A model generated the notes under the pieces. The model did not search any database. It was not told the origin of the DNA and saw only the letters and a program-made list of their open reading frames with translations. This document shows, in pieces, positions 9,674-19,858 of a stretch of DNA of 64,000 nucleotides. The first letter of the stretch is position 1. Each line of letters begins with the position of its first letter. The stretch spans positions 1 through 64,000 of IMG/VR virus record IMGVR_UViG_3300048502_000015; one strand, written 5' to 3'. The stretch is from a virus. Taxonomy: Duplodnaviria > Caudoviricetes. Both the position numbers and the translations under genes were made by a program.

Positions 9674-9978
9674 TTCTTCACCGTGTACCTTATGGTTCCC
9701 TTTTCAAAATCTCGTTCTTTTCTCAATTTCTTATCCCGTTCAGCACAATAATTTTGGATAGCCCATGTAACATGACATTGGGCCTCTGTTAGATCCCACC
9801 AATGTTCCGGACGCCCAGAACCAATGACCGTTCTGTGAATATCTCCGTTGGCAATTTGAGTAAGTAGGGTAACCGTCCAGTCAAGATCAGGCGTAATCTC
9901 GACATCGAAGATATCTTCAGCAAACACCGGGGATCGTTTAAACACTTTCAACTTCCTTAGCTGTCTCGACTGGACCAT
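9670..9978 (-). CDS. hypothetical protein
   Basis: coupled ORF. Confidence 0.6.
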   Translation of the reverse strand: MVQSRQLRKLKVFKRSPVFAEDIFDVEITPDLDWTVTLLTQIANGDIHRTVIGSGRPEHWWDLTEAQCHVTWAIQNYCAERDKKLRKERDFEKGTIRYTVKK

Positions 9979-10207
9979 ATTGAGTGAGTACGTAATCGAT
10001 TACTGCGTCCCTGCGCCTTCTCCATTCGCTAGCCTCATCAACCGCATGATCCTTGGCTAGTCCATGAGCAGCCTGATGTTCGGCTAGTAGAGAAACGGCC
10101 TCTACCATGATGATATCATGCTCATGTAACTTGGAAGCCAAATAGCTAGCTCGTCCAGCTAAGGCTCCTGCGCTTTCAAACGCCTTTAGGAGATTCTCGT
10201 CAATCAT
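9938..10207 (-). CDS. hypothetical protein
   Basis: coupled ORF. Confidence 0.6.
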   Translation of the reverse strand: MIDENLLKAFESAGALAGRASYLASKLHEHDIIMVEAVSLLAEHQAAHGLAKDHAVDEASEWRRRRDAVIDYVLTQYGPVETAKEVESV

Positions 10208-10569
10208 ACAAACAACCCTTCCGGTTCAGACTTGATAATCGTTGCAATCTCCTTAAACGAAACACCCGAATCGTTCAGACCCGAAAGCCTGATCTCGTTG
10301 CTTATAGCTGTATTAAATGTTCCAAGAGGATCTCTAAGGCCCAACCATTTCAGGACTACCTCCGGAAGAGAAGAATGAGCACCATCATAAAGGTATACAT
10401 CGTTATCTGGATTTGGTTTCTCTACAAAAAGTTGGTTGCCGTCCTCGATATAGAGTTCACAAGCAACCCCTAGACAACAATACTTATCGCCTTCACGAAG
10501 ATAGCCGTTGCCCTGCTTGTATTTTCCTGACTTGAGAGCTTTGATCCACTTTTTGGCGTTCTCGTTCAT
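10204..10569 (-). CDS. phage hypothetical (tandem paralog)
   Basis: KWIKALKSGKYKQ..CCLGVAC..SFKEIA. Confidence 0.8.
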   Translation of the reverse strand: MNENAKKWIKALKSGKYKQGNGYLREGDKYCCLGVACELYIEDGNQLFVEKPNPDNDVYLYDGAHSSLPEVVLKWLGLRDPLGTFNTAISNEIRLSGLNDSGVSFKEIATIIKSEPEGLFV

Positions 10570-10940
10570 ACAAACAACCCAACTGGTTCGGCCTCGATGA
10601 TGTCTGCGATCTCTTCGAATGTTTTGCCGGAATCATTTTGCGAAGCTAGATCTAGTCTAAACCGCAAACCACTATCATCGTTATAGCTTCCTGACCAAGT
10701 AGAAATTCCTAGCCAATTTTGTACAATTTCGGGAAGATAAGACGCCATCCCATTGTAGTAATACCTGTCGTCACTACCACTCGCCAACTCCTTAAGGTCC
10801 CCAACCTCCTTTTGATAAAGGTCGCAAGCAACACCAAGACAGCAGAACTTGTTACCGACTCGAAGATACGACTTTGTTTGCTGCTTGTACTTTTCGGAGC
10901 GGAGGGCTTCCACCCATTTCTTTGCATTATCGTTAAGCAC
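10566..10940 (-). CDS. phage hypothetical (tandem paralog)
   Basis: KWVEALRSEKYKQ..CCLGVAC..TFEEIA; GTG start at 10940. Confidence 0.75.
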   Translation of the reverse strand: MLNDNAKKWVEALRSEKYKQQTKSYLRVGNKFCCLGVACDLYQKEVGDLKELASGSDDRYYYNGMASYLPEIVQNWLGISTWSGSYNDDSGLRFRLDLASQNDSGKTFEEIADIIEAEPVGLFV

Positions 10941-11250
10941 GATAAGGCTCCAGTCCATCTTCACCGTACCAGAAAGACTTCCCGCTGTGATGGAGGACGT
11001 TATAAGATCGTAGATCCGAATAAACCTCGGAAACAATCAAGGCTCCATCGATAAATTGATTCTTACTACGTGCTTGTACTGCTTGGCCGACCTTAAACAG
11101 CGGTGCTGCTACTTCAAACTCTTCTGCGAATCGTCCGCGACCCAAACTCCCATCCTCAAATTCAAGGGTATAGCTTTGACCAACGACCTTTGCTTTATAC
11201 CCCCATTGGGTTTCTACTTGCTGTCCTATTCTAACGTCTTTGTCTTCCAT
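10933..11250 (-). CDS. hypothetical with SH3-like repeats
   Basis: SD-preceded ORF. Confidence 0.65.
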   Translation of the reverse strand: MEDKDVRIGQQVETQWGYKAKVVGQSYTLEFEDGSLGRGRFAEEFEVAAPLFKVGQAVQARSKNQFIDGALIVSEVYSDLRSYNVLHHSGKSFWYGEDGLEPYRA

Positions 11251-11302
11251 TATTTCCTTTCAAATAGAGGCTAGGGGATTTCTCCCCTAGCCCATTCCTT
11301 TC

Positions 11303-12406
11303 TTAGACGGCCCAGCTTGTGCGGTTCTTTGGCTCGTCGGGATCAATTAGCTTCCATCCCTGGGCCTCTGCCAACTTCACAATCGACTGCTTACGAGACT
11401 TCTGACGCTGTAGGAGGGCATCCCAATCGAAGATAGAGGGATAACGATCTTCCTCCGCTTCCTGATCGAGTTGGTAATTATCCTCGTCCTCCTCATCCTC
11501 TTCATCCTCGTACTGCTCAGGATAGCAGAGGCAGCATTCCAGATCACCACAGTTGTTGTCGTCGTTAAGGGCGTCATAATCTACGTCCTCATCTTCGTCG
11601 TCATCTACGTCAGCCCCGAAATATGCGGACTGAATCTCCGAGTGAATGACATCGGCCACGTAGTAGCGGCAGACACGGATCTTCTCCCAGTCACTATCGG
11701 TCGGGACCGAAACCACGTCACGAGGGTTCACATGAACTTCCAGGACAGTACCGGCGAAGCTATTTGCATAGCGCCAATTACCAACGTGAAGTCCGGTCGA
11801 ACAACCAACTGACGGATCGTGATGAACCTCAAGGCGAGGCATCTCAATGACTGATCCAAGCGGGTTAGGAATGTATCCGTTGACCACTTCGCCATCGACA
11901 ATTGCCCGACCCGAATGAACGCTCTGGAAGCCGTTCTCAGTTACCGTAACGCCCTTGTAAGCCACGATGTACCCATCCTGGTCAATCGTGAAGTCACGAC
12001 GGCTAAGCCAATCGTAAAGCTGCTCACGAGAATGAGGATGCGGATTCTGGGCCACGTTCTCCAAGAAACGGACAAGCGGGGTCCAATCTCCAATTCCTTC
12101 ATTCAGGAAGCGGACGATCTGCTTTGAGAGCGAATCATTGACTTCATCGTTGTCGAGATACACACGACCGTTTGCAACCGAGACACGCTCTGACAGCGGC
12201 TTGAAGTACTTCGCAGCGGTCTGAGCAACATCAAACAGATCGATCAACTCTTCATCAGAGTAGTCAAGATCCTCGTCAACAACGGCGATGACGATCTCAT
12301 CGTAATTCGGATGAGTGTTGTTCGCCAGAAGCGGATTCTCTCCTGGGATATAGACGGTGATGCTGGACTCTTCTCCGTCGCTTACAATTGAATACTTGCG
12401 TGACAT
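11303..12406 (-). CDS. rIIB: rIIB-like protein
   Basis: FLEN..NP..QLYDWL..DGYIVAYKGV..CSTGLHVG..VNPRDVVSVPTD..KIRVCRY. Confidence 0.9.
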   Translation of the reverse strand: MSRKYSIVSDGEESSITVYIPGENPLLANNTHPNYDEIVIAVVDEDLDYSDEELIDLFDVAQTAAKYFKPLSERVSVANGRVYLDNDEVNDSLSKQIVRFLNEGIGDWTPLVRFLENVAQNPHPHSREQLYDWLSRRDFTIDQDGYIVAYKGVTVTENGFQSVHSGRAIVDGEVVNGYIPNPLGSVIEMPRLEVHHDPSVGCSTGLHVGNWRYANSFAGTVLEVHVNPRDVVSVPTDSDWEKIRVCRYYVADVIHSEIQSAYFGADVDDDEDEDVDYDALNDDNNCGDLECCLCYPEQYEDEEDEEDEDNYQLDQEAEEDRYPSIFDWDALLQRQKSRKQSIVKLAEAQGWKLIDPDEPKNRTSWAV

Positions 12407-14347
12407 TTAGATTGTCTCCTGTTCCGCGAGGTAGCTCGCATTAATGTAGATAAGGGTGTGCGTAAGGTGGTTCGTGTTGATTAGCGGGTACTTCTCAAGG
12501 GGATTAACCCATTCACTGTATTGTATCACATTATGTCCACGCTCATAACGTAGAACTTTGTTAAGGTCATCGAGCTTTGTCACAACATCTTTCGGTAGCT
12601 CGTATGTGGCAAGCTTGATTCCCTCCACAACAGCCGGGTCTTCGATGTAGTCTTCAATCGGAGCGTAGCTAAGCTCACGAAGAGAATTAAGCGCCCACTG
12701 ATGCTCAGATCGCTTGAGGCCATATACCTGCTTCTCTTCCTCTGTAAGAAGATCAGCGGTATCCTTGTATGCCTGAATAACTGCATCAGTGACCTTGATC
12801 GCGGATGGGAAATCCCTCTGGAACTTCGAAATACGGTTCAGGGCAAGCTCGACCAAAGTGCTATCAGGGTAGTTTACTCGAACGTATGCCGTCACATTCG
12901 AATCCGTTTCCTTTGTGTACCAGAAGAGATCCTCTGAAGTATCAATGTCGGCAGCCATCACGTCATACTTGTAGCTACCCTTGACCACGGCGTTGTAGGA
13001 GCCACGCAGACGGTTGTTGCGGGTATGAATGGTGGTTTCCAGCTTGATGGCCTTGATAAGGCCCCAATCAACCATCAGGTTGGAATCAATCCAAGACACG
13101 TTCAGCGGAGTATTCGTCAGAATGTAATTGCTCGGGGCAAGTGCATTCTCTACCGAGTACTGAAGCAGCTTCTTCTTGTGGGTCGGAGTGAAGCTATCGT
13201 GATCGTAGCCATGAACCAGAAGTCCATCAACGAAAGTCTCGGCATTGAGCGCCGGATAGCGACTTGATGAGTTCAGCTTATAGCTATTGGCAGGAGCAAC
13301 AACAATCCGCTCGCCGGTAGGAGCATCGATCTGTTCAGGAATGTCGCTCTTCTGATAAGTGAAGTTGACCTTGGTGTTGACGATAATGTTGCGCCAGTCA
13401 ACCGACTTCCTGAAAGCCTCGATAGAGGAAGCAGCCGAATCGATGTCCTTCTGTGCAGCGTCGATAAGACCAGCTTCAACCTCAAGAGCAACGCGCTCAA
13501 GCGTAGCCTTGGTCTTCTTCGTGTACTGAAGAGTCTCACGACTCGGAGTGAAGTTGACATCCCCGATGTTGACGTAAGCCACAACGCTGTAGCTCTTGCT
13601 GAGTGTGGGGAGATTAAGATCGTCCTCGTTGACCGGGTAAGGAACGCCGCCCATGACAACGATGTGCTTGCGGGTATGAAGGTTGACGTTCTTCTGGATC
13701 AGCAGGCTATCAGAGACACTGAAGCCCTCGGCATAAGCAGGCTCTTCCCCATTCAGGAGAACCGTTCCGGGCTTCCAAAAGCTGAAGAAATGCTGAGCCT
13801 TGCGACTGATCTCGTTGTAGCTCTTAGCCGGGATAATGATCTCGACGCCGTTCTCCTCGACCGTAAGACTCTGCTCAAGGATCGTCATTGATCCTGCGCC
13901 GTCCTCATCGCGGCCAATGCTGACCATCGTGCGAACGCCATCCTTGATGCCGACAAGCGTGAACTGCGAAGTGTAGGTAAGAGCCGACTTGCAGCCAAGT
14001 CCAAGGACACCGACCTGCTCGTTTGTCTCGCGCTTAGTTGAAGCGCCGTACTTGGAGTAGGTGTTGATGATGCCTGCCTCGTCCATGCCGACGCCGTAAT
14101 CCTTCACCTTGAAGAACGGTGAAAGACTGGTCGGAGTGGTAACCTCAATCGGACGAGTCTGACCGGCCTCAACATGAGAGTCGAGTGCGTTGGTGCTGTA
14201 CTCGCGGATGATCGCAAGCTCCTGGTCGGAGTAAAGGTCCGTGAGAACCGACATTAGATGAACGAGCGAGTTCTCATCGAACTTCATCCCGATCTTGTTG
14301 CCCTCAATGTTTCCTTGAACTTGAATATCGGAGCGGTCAGCGATCAT
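12407..14347 (-). CDS. rIIA: rIIA-like protein (GHKL/HSP90-type ATPase N-terminus)
   Basis: IREYSTNALDSH..DYGVGM..GASTKR..GLGCKS..SRETL; adjacent to rIIB. Confidence 0.9.
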   Translation of the reverse strand: MIADRSDIQVQGNIEGNKIGMKFDENSLVHLMSVLTDLYSDQELAIIREYSTNALDSHVEAGQTRPIEVTTPTSLSPFFKVKDYGVGMDEAGIINTYSKYGASTKRETNEQVGVLGLGCKSALTYTSQFTLVGIKDGVRTMVSIGRDEDGAGSMTILEQSLTVEENGVEIIIPAKSYNEISRKAQHFFSFWKPGTVLLNGEEPAYAEGFSVSDSLLIQKNVNLHTRKHIVVMGGVPYPVNEDDLNLPTLSKSYSVVAYVNIGDVNFTPSRETLQYTKKTKATLERVALEVEAGLIDAAQKDIDSAASSIEAFRKSVDWRNIIVNTKVNFTYQKSDIPEQIDAPTGERIVVAPANSYKLNSSSRYPALNAETFVDGLLVHGYDHDSFTPTHKKKLLQYSVENALAPSNYILTNTPLNVSWIDSNLMVDWGLIKAIKLETTIHTRNNRLRGSYNAVVKGSYKYDVMAADIDTSEDLFWYTKETDSNVTAYVRVNYPDSTLVELALNRISKFQRDFPSAIKVTDAVIQAYKDTADLLTEEEKQVYGLKRSEHQWALNSLRELSYAPIEDYIEDPAVVEGIKLATYELPKDVVTKLDDLNKVLRYERGHNVIQYSEWVNPLEKYPLINTNHLTHTLIYINASYLAEQETI

Positions 14348-14387
14348 GTAAGAGGTTTCCTTTCTAGTGGTTTAAGCTTGTAAGGAT

Positions 14388-14398
14388 ATTATATCACA
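14388..14398 (-). promoter_or_regulatory. extended -10 promoter TGTGATATAAT upstream of rIIA
   Basis: consensus motif. Confidence 0.7.
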
Positions 14399-14625
14399 GA
14401 TTAGGCTATCAAACACTGTAAGTGTGATTTGACCGACGATAATTTTCGCCCTGACGAAGACGCTGGCGAGCACTAAGGTACTCTTCAATAACATCTTCGC
14501 CGGGATCAAGAGGGTTCATCGCAATCTGATTTGCGGCCCGAGTCATGGTTACAATGTCCTGCTTAAGTTGAGTCTCTTTTGTGGTCATAGCTATATTGTA
14601 TCAGATTGCTAGCCAAATGTGGGAA

Positions 14626-14886
14626 TTAAATGTAGGACGACCACGCTTTAGAATCCCGATCTATAAACCAACCAATGTCCTTTAGACGACACATATCCTC
14701 CATGGTGATTCTAGAATCTATGATAACCGGCTCACCGTATTCGTCTAGATCACATTCGTTTTCAACTACATCAGCCGTTACAGCATAAAGAATGTCATGC
14801 TCGGCTCCATTGATATATGCACCCAAACCCTTAGTCTCGTATTTGGCAAGAATCTGAAGGCCCTCAATCACATTTCCTATTTTCAT
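14626..14886 (-). CDS. hypothetical protein
   Basis: ORF, AEHDILY motif. Confidence 0.65.
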   Translation of the reverse strand: MKIGNVIEGLQILAKYETKGLGAYINGAEHDILYAVTADVVENECDLDEYGEPVIIDSRITMEDMCRLKDIGWFIDRDSKAWSSYI

Positions 14887-15269
14887 TTATTCTACATTTT
14901 CCTTAAATATTGTTTGATTTGCGGCTTGTGTCTCTTGCTTAGGCGAAGGGAGTTATCGCTGATGAAATAGCCCAGGCTTCTACGGAAGGATTTGGCAGAA
15001 TGTCGATAGACTTGGGTAATATCTGGATCGGCAATCCAGTGACCGAGAACCCAGATCGAAATCCAAAATCCCCTCTTGCCTCCTGTAAGAGACTTACGAT
15101 AATTCCTGTTGTAAATCACTATTCCTCCTCGTACCCATCGAACCAACCGTCTTGTGGGTTGTGGGTATCTTCGCGTCTACAATGGGCTTGTGCCTCTTTG
15201 AGGGTAAGCCCAGTTAGTAGGGTTTGGTTGATGTCCTCCTGAAAGAAGAACCGAATAATCTTGTATGTC

Positions 15270-15482
15270 TTAGACGCCATTATCGAGAAAATCCTGATCG
15301 TCTATTCCGTCGCTATAACCATCTTCGTAGCCATTATCATAGGCGTCCAGGACTTCTACGACAGCGATCTGCCGTTCATGAGCACGCCCGCGCTCGTAGG
15401 AAGATTGATAAACCTCTTCAATCTTTGCCTCTGCCGTTTTCTTCATGTCAGCGTATACCTCTTCTAGTTTCGATCTTTTCAA
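15270..15482 (-). CDS. hypothetical protein
   Basis: ORF with YxxG repeats. Confidence 0.55.
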   Translation of the reverse strand: MKRSKLEEVYADMKKTAEAKIEEVYQSSYERGRAHERQIAVVEVLDAYDNGYEDGYSDGIDDQDFLDNGV

Positions 15483-15765
15483 CCGGGACCCCCTGTTGAT
15501 AAGACTTGATCATATCCTGCTCTAGTGAAACATGGAGGGTTCCATCGAAAGCGATCTCGATAAGCGTTAAAGCGCTCTCCACATATCTCAAAGCGTTTTC
15601 CTTCGAATACACGTCACATCGCATAAAACCAACTGCGGGCATGATTTTGCCGCGTACCTCCTTAAGCGTATCGATATAACGTTCACGCTCGATAACAACT
15701 TCAGCAAGCTGCTCAACAAGCGCCTGATACTGCGCCGGAGAGATTACGATGTCGCTAACTTCCAT
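15448..15765 (-). CDS. hypothetical protein
   Basis: SD-preceded ORF. Confidence 0.6.
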   Translation of the reverse strand: MEVSDIVISPAQYQALVEQLAEVVIERERYIDTLKEVRGKIMPAVGFMRCDVYSKENALRYVESALTLIEIAFDGTLHVSLEQDMIKSYQQGVPVEKIETRRGIR

Positions 15766-15866
15766 AGGTTCTGTCCTTTCAAAGTTTTCATTGTATTGTA
15801 CCAGACTTATTGTTGATTAGATATTAAGCGGGTAGATGTCTACGGGAATGCCCTTCTTTGGAACAA

Positions 15867-17186
15867 CTATCTCCTACGACGAACTGCTGGTCCCGGTGGT
15901 CTAAGCTCAGGTCTAAGTACAACCTCGCTAGGAAAGTGAAACGCAGACACCCCAAATGGTTCCATTGGTCCGTTGTTCTTGCAAGGACCGCTGTACAAAA
16001 CGTTAATCATTTTGGTTGTCGGATCGGTTCCAAGGATCTCTCCGACTGAACCTCCAGGGATGGCCATTTGCTGGCCTGCTCCATGCTCCTCCGACCTTCC
16101 GAGGGCCGTTCCGACATCATCGTATCGAAGGGAAACTAGGTTCCCGTTGGCCCAAGGATCATTAGACACAACCTGAATTGTATCAGGTTCACCATATCCC
16201 CAACCGTTATATGAGGAGAAGGTTCCACCGGGATATTGGACTGGATTTAATGGACTTGGCTGTTTTAGTCCGGGAACGGAGATAGGATTGACAGGAGTAT
16301 TCAAAGCAGGGTCCATAGGCCATGGGGGAAGGATCTCGTTTCCAGGAGGAAGCTGAGGCTGGCCCGGAACAGGAGCGGTTGCAGACGGCATTCCTTGAAG
16401 TTGTTCTATAGATGGTTGTCCGCCATCTGGTCCTGTTGGAGGAGGAGCAGAATCAAATCCTCCTGGTCCTACAGGAGCGGATTGTCCTGGCGGCTGATTA
16501 AACGGAGTCGGCTGAACAGGATTCTGTGGAGTCTGAGGATTGTACTCATCGTCTAATGGTGTTCCTTGGCTTTTCCACCACGTAGAAAGAAGATGTGAGC
16601 ATGGGCGCTGCTCGAATTTCTTGAACTGGCGGGTCCTGCCTGTACTAAAGCTCCACCACGGACATTCGCAATTCATTTGTGTAGCCGCTTTTGAATTAGG
16701 ATCGTCCCGTCCAATTTCGCATTGGTAACTTCCATGGTCCCCCTGGACCTGGGAGACAATGTTATTAGCGCCATTTCTGAGCATTTGAACTGCTCCGGAT
16801 TGAAGGAGCCGCTTAGCCTTGGCCATCACGTCTGACCAAGTTCCAAGTCTAACTGAGGCCAAATGGAAATCGGGATTGATCTCCTCGTTCTCCAGCATAT
16901 CGATTTTCTCTGACGGATCTCGATCCATCTCGTACTGAGAAAGTGTGTATCCATGACCGTTTAGTTGAGCACGGACTACACAATAGGCAAGATACTTATC
17001 CTCAATCGTTCCTCCGGTTGATAGGATATTGGCTATCCCTGGTTCTATTTCAAACCATTCTATATTGGTTGAGCCAATTTTTTGCTGGGCAGGAGGCAGC
17101 GATGATGGCTCGGAGGCAATAATCAAATCGACTAAATCACTAAACCAAGCTTCCTCTGACTGCGTTGATTCTACTGTAAAATCCAT
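15867..17186 (-). CDS. SWIM Zn-finger-containing protein with Pro-rich linker
   Basis: NCECPWW..RPCSHL. Confidence 0.7.
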   Translation of the reverse strand: MDFTVESTQSEEAWFSDLVDLIIASEPSSLPPAQQKIGSTNIEWFEIEPGIANILSTGGTIEDKYLAYCVVRAQLNGHGYTLSQYEMDRDPSEKIDMLENEEINPDFHLASVRLGTWSDVMAKAKRLLQSGAVQMLRNGANNIVSQVQGDHGSYQCEIGRDDPNSKAATQMNCECPWWSFSTGRTRQFKKFEQRPCSHLLSTWWKSQGTPLDDEYNPQTPQNPVQPTPFNQPPGQSAPVGPGGFDSAPPPTGPDGGQPSIEQLQGMPSATAPVPGQPQLPPGNEILPPWPMDPALNTPVNPISVPGLKQPSPLNPVQYPGGTFSSYNGWGYGEPDTIQVVSNDPWANGNLVSLRYDDVGTALGRSEEHGAGQQMAIPGGSVGEILGTDPTTKMINVLYSGPCKNNGPMEPFGVSAFHFPSEVVLRPELRPPGPAVRRRR

Positions 17187-17205
17187 ACATTCCTTAAGAT
17201 GTAGA

Positions 17206-17235
17206 AAGCCCCCGCTTGATTAGAACGGGGGCTTA
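17206..17235 (-). terminator. hairpin terminator
   Basis: AAGCCCCCGTT..GCGGGGCTTTC inverted repeat between genes. Confidence 0.55.
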
Positions 17236-17284
17236 GCTATAAAGGAGAGTTTCCTGGTAGAGGATTCAAAGGCATCACCCCCTT

Positions 17285-17512
17285 TTACCACTCGTCTTCA
17301 ATAAAGTTCTCGTGATCGTCAAGGAAGAACCGGGGATCGTCCTCTTCAGCGTTGTAGTCCTGATCCTCAACAAGAAAACGATCAACGTACTCGTCATCGT
17401 CGTCATCCGCCAGTTCCCAATCTGAAACATAGATATCAAGATCGATGCCATCCGCAGATCCAGAACCACCGGCAACATAATCATCTTCCAACGTCTGATC
17501 ATACACTGACAT
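17285..17512 (-). CDS. highly acidic small protein
   Basis: D/E-rich 75 aa. Confidence 0.6.
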   Translation of the reverse strand: MSVYDQTLEDDYVAGGSGSADGIDLDIYVSDWELADDDDDEYVDRFLVEDQDYNAEEDDPRFFLDDHENFIEDEW

Positions 17513-17826
17513 TATTTAACGGTTCCTTTCCCATTGACCAAGAACAGCAACAACCCAGCAACAATGCTCTGCCAGAAGTAGTTAATCGTTGGAGCATGAA
17601 ATACCGAATGAACCCCAAAGACATTCCACACAAGGTAAACAATGATGGCGCTGAGAAAAACACCCACGACAAAAAACACGATAATGAGCAGAATAATTAC
17701 TCCAATCGAAAGTCCAGAGGTAGTAAATGAGCCACCAGGGAATTTGATTGTCTGCTTTGAATTTGGACCACTATACTTTGACATTTTGTTTCCTTTCGTA
17801 GAGGGCTGCCCATAAGCAAACCGCAT
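17512..17826 (-). CDS. membrane protein
   Basis: hydrophobic helices; start may be internal MSKY. Confidence 0.6.
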   Translation of the reverse strand: MRFAYGQPSTKGNKMSKYSGPNSKQTIKFPGGSFTTSGLSIGVIILLIIVFFVVGVFLSAIIVYLVWNVFGVHSVFHAPTINYFWQSIVAGLLLFLVNGKGTVK

Positions 17827-17939
17827 AAATATTTGGACCGCTATGCACTACCCGTTCTTTGCCATACCAGTCGGCAAAGACAACCCAATGATTGTTGTAC
17901 CGATTTGGGTACTGTACAATTCTCATTCAGTGAATTATA

Positions 17940-18782
17940 TCACAGAATCGGCTTCATATCCTTAATGTGATTTACCATCCACTTATTGATTTTCTTCAAC
18001 GCAGCAGACTCCGCAGACTCCGCAGCAGACCTCGCAGACCCCGCAGCAGACCCCGCAGCAGACCCCGCAGCAGACCTCGCAGCAGACTCCGCAGCAGACC
18101 ACGCAGCAGACTCCGCAGACCCCGCAGCAGACCACGCAGCAGACTCCGCAGACTCCGCAGCAGACCTCGCAGCAGACCACGCAGCAGACTCCGCAGACCC
18201 CGCAGCAGACCCCGCAGACCTCGCAGCAGACCTCGCAGCAGACCACGCAGCAGACTCCGCAGACTCCGCAGCAGACCTCGCAGACCCCGCAGCAGACCCC
18301 GCAGCAGACCTCGCAGCAGACCTCGCAGACCCCGCAGACTCCGCAGCAGACCTCGCAGCAGCTTTATTTTCTTCGCTAGGATCTTCTAGGCAGATTTTGG
18401 CTGCTTCAATGGCCTTGCGAACTCGATCATCGCCGGGATACAGCTTTTCGTAATTCTCTAGCACCAATTCGGCAGAGAAAATTGAAAGAGTAATGCTATC
18501 CTTTTGCGTCCATTCGTATGCTTCAACGATTCGCATACTCGAAGAAGCCTCTTTATCGCCTTCTTCAACGATAGTTCCCTTGATCTCTACTTTTGCGAGA
18601 ATTTCTCCCGAGACATAGTTCAACGCATCCAGAGGAAGCTTAGAACTATGAAGACCGTTTTGACAGGGAACGACTCCTCCATCTACGTGCTGCCATTCTC
18701 CGACTTTCCATTCCAAATCACCATGACTTGAAAGGATCTTTTCGTCCCTCAAATTCAGAAATTTATATCTAGTTTTAGTCAT
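17940..18782 (-). CDS. phage protein with Ala/Ser-rich SAAx repeats
   Basis: CQNGLHSS domain then (SAAx)n; leaderless promoter TGTGATATAAT at 18790-18800. Confidence 0.8.
   Translation of the reverse strand: MTKTRYKFLNLRDEKILSSHGDLEWKVGEWQHVDGGVVPCQNGLHSSKLPLDALNYVSGEILAKVEIKGTIVEEGDKEASSSMRIVEAYEWTQKDSITLSIFSAELVLENYEKLYPGDDRVRKAIEAAKICLEDPSEENKAAARSAAESAGSARSAARSAAGSAAGSARSAAESAESAAWSAARSAARSAGSAAGSAESAAWSAARSAAESAESAAWSAAGSAESAAWSAAESAARSAAGSAAGSAAGSARSAAESAESAALKKINKWMVNHIKDMKPIL
18001..18360. repeat. coding tandem repeat of 9/12-nt units (GCAGCAGACnnn)
   Basis: directly visible. Confidence 0.95.
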
Positions 18783-18790
18783 ATGGAATA

Positions 18791-19390
18791 TTATATCACA
18801 GAATGAATGCCGCATTCAATTTTGTCTGATCCAACCCATCTTCCTTCTCTGCCAGCCCCGGCAATAGTGCAAGGGGCGCAGCCAATTGAGTCATAGCCCT
18901 CGTTATGAAGAAGGTTGTATGGAAGACCGCGTTCGTTGATATACTCCCAGACCTGTTCTTCTGTCCAGTCAGCTAAAGGAGCAGCCTTCCATACATTTCG
19001 TTGGTCATCAAAATCGAGCTTAGGAGTATTGGTCCGTGTAGGAGCCTGTTCTCTCCTTAATCCAGTAATCCATCCATCAACGTTCTCAAGCGCGGTATCC
19101 AATGCCGCGATCTTGGAGTTGGAGCAACAATTGTCCTTAGTCCATTTTCCAAAAGCGGCGTAGTCCTCAATCACGATATCGTAATGATCTTCAATCTTCT
19201 CCCAAGTTCGATATGTCTCGGGAAAAAGCTCTCCCGTATCAATCGTAAAGATCTTGATTTCTGGCTCCAGTGACAAAGCCATGTCGATAAGAACAGAATC
19301 CTCTTTCTGAAATGAGCAGGCTAAAGCCAGCCGGGGATGATAAGTGAGTATCATATGGCTAAGGATTTCTTCTGCCGAATCAGCAATCAA
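18791..19390 (-). CDS. cysH: APS/PAPS reductase
   Basis: IDTGELFPETY, CC, WITGLRREQ, GYDSIGCAPCT, ECGIH. Confidence 0.9.
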   Translation of the reverse strand: MIADSAEEILSHMILTYHPRLALACSFQKEDSVLIDMALSLEPEIKIFTIDTGELFPETYRTWEKIEDHYDIVIEDYAAFGKWTKDNCCSNSKIAALDTALENVDGWITGLRREQAPTRTNTPKLDFDDQRNVWKAAPLADWTEEQVWEYINERGLPYNLLHNEGYDSIGCAPCTIAGAGREGRWVGSDKIECGIHSVI

Positions 19391-19838
19391 GACGCGCCTC
19401 TATTTCGTCAATTAGTTCTAGATAGCTCTCGCAAACGGGAATGTAATATCGTTCTGCAACGATATCTACGTTTCCTTTGCGCCAGAATTTATCTGTGCAA
19501 TAGATAATAACCTTGCCGCTGTTAGCAAACAACCCTAACTCTAGGAGGCTAATTGGAGACAATGTACCTTCGGCTAAATACAAAACGATCAAGTCGGCTG
19601 CACATAGCATATCAAGCTCCCAAGTAACCTGTTCATAGAATTCGGGATTATCTATCGATTGGACCCAACTAGAATCCCAATCATCTCTGCGAGGGTTAAG
19701 AATGGTTAATTTCTTAACCCAAGATAAATCTTCTGTGAGATTTGCTTGCCAGTCTACGGCCTTCCCCATATCAATACTCCCTGCAAGGAATAACCTGAAT
19801 TTCCAATCGGGATGATCCGGTGCTTTAACTACTTTCAT
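19380..19838 (-). CDS. nucleoside 2-deoxyribosyltransferase-like protein
   Basis: FLAGSI..NPRR..QVTWEL..SPISLLELG. Confidence 0.85.
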   Translation of the reverse strand: MKVVKAPDHPDWKFRLFLAGSIDMGKAVDWQANLTEDLSWVKKLTILNPRRDDWDSSWVQSIDNPEFYEQVTWELDMLCAADLIVLYLAEGTLSPISLLELGLFANSGKVIIYCTDKFWRKGNVDIVAERYYIPVCESYLELIDEIEARLDC

Positions 19839-19858
19839 GTGCTACTCCTTATCTGTTG

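Noticed and set aside
18001-18360. CRISPR-like array and the Arg-, Cys- and Asp-rich ORFs over it
   Set aside because: No unique spacers; coding tandem repeat whose other frames are shadows
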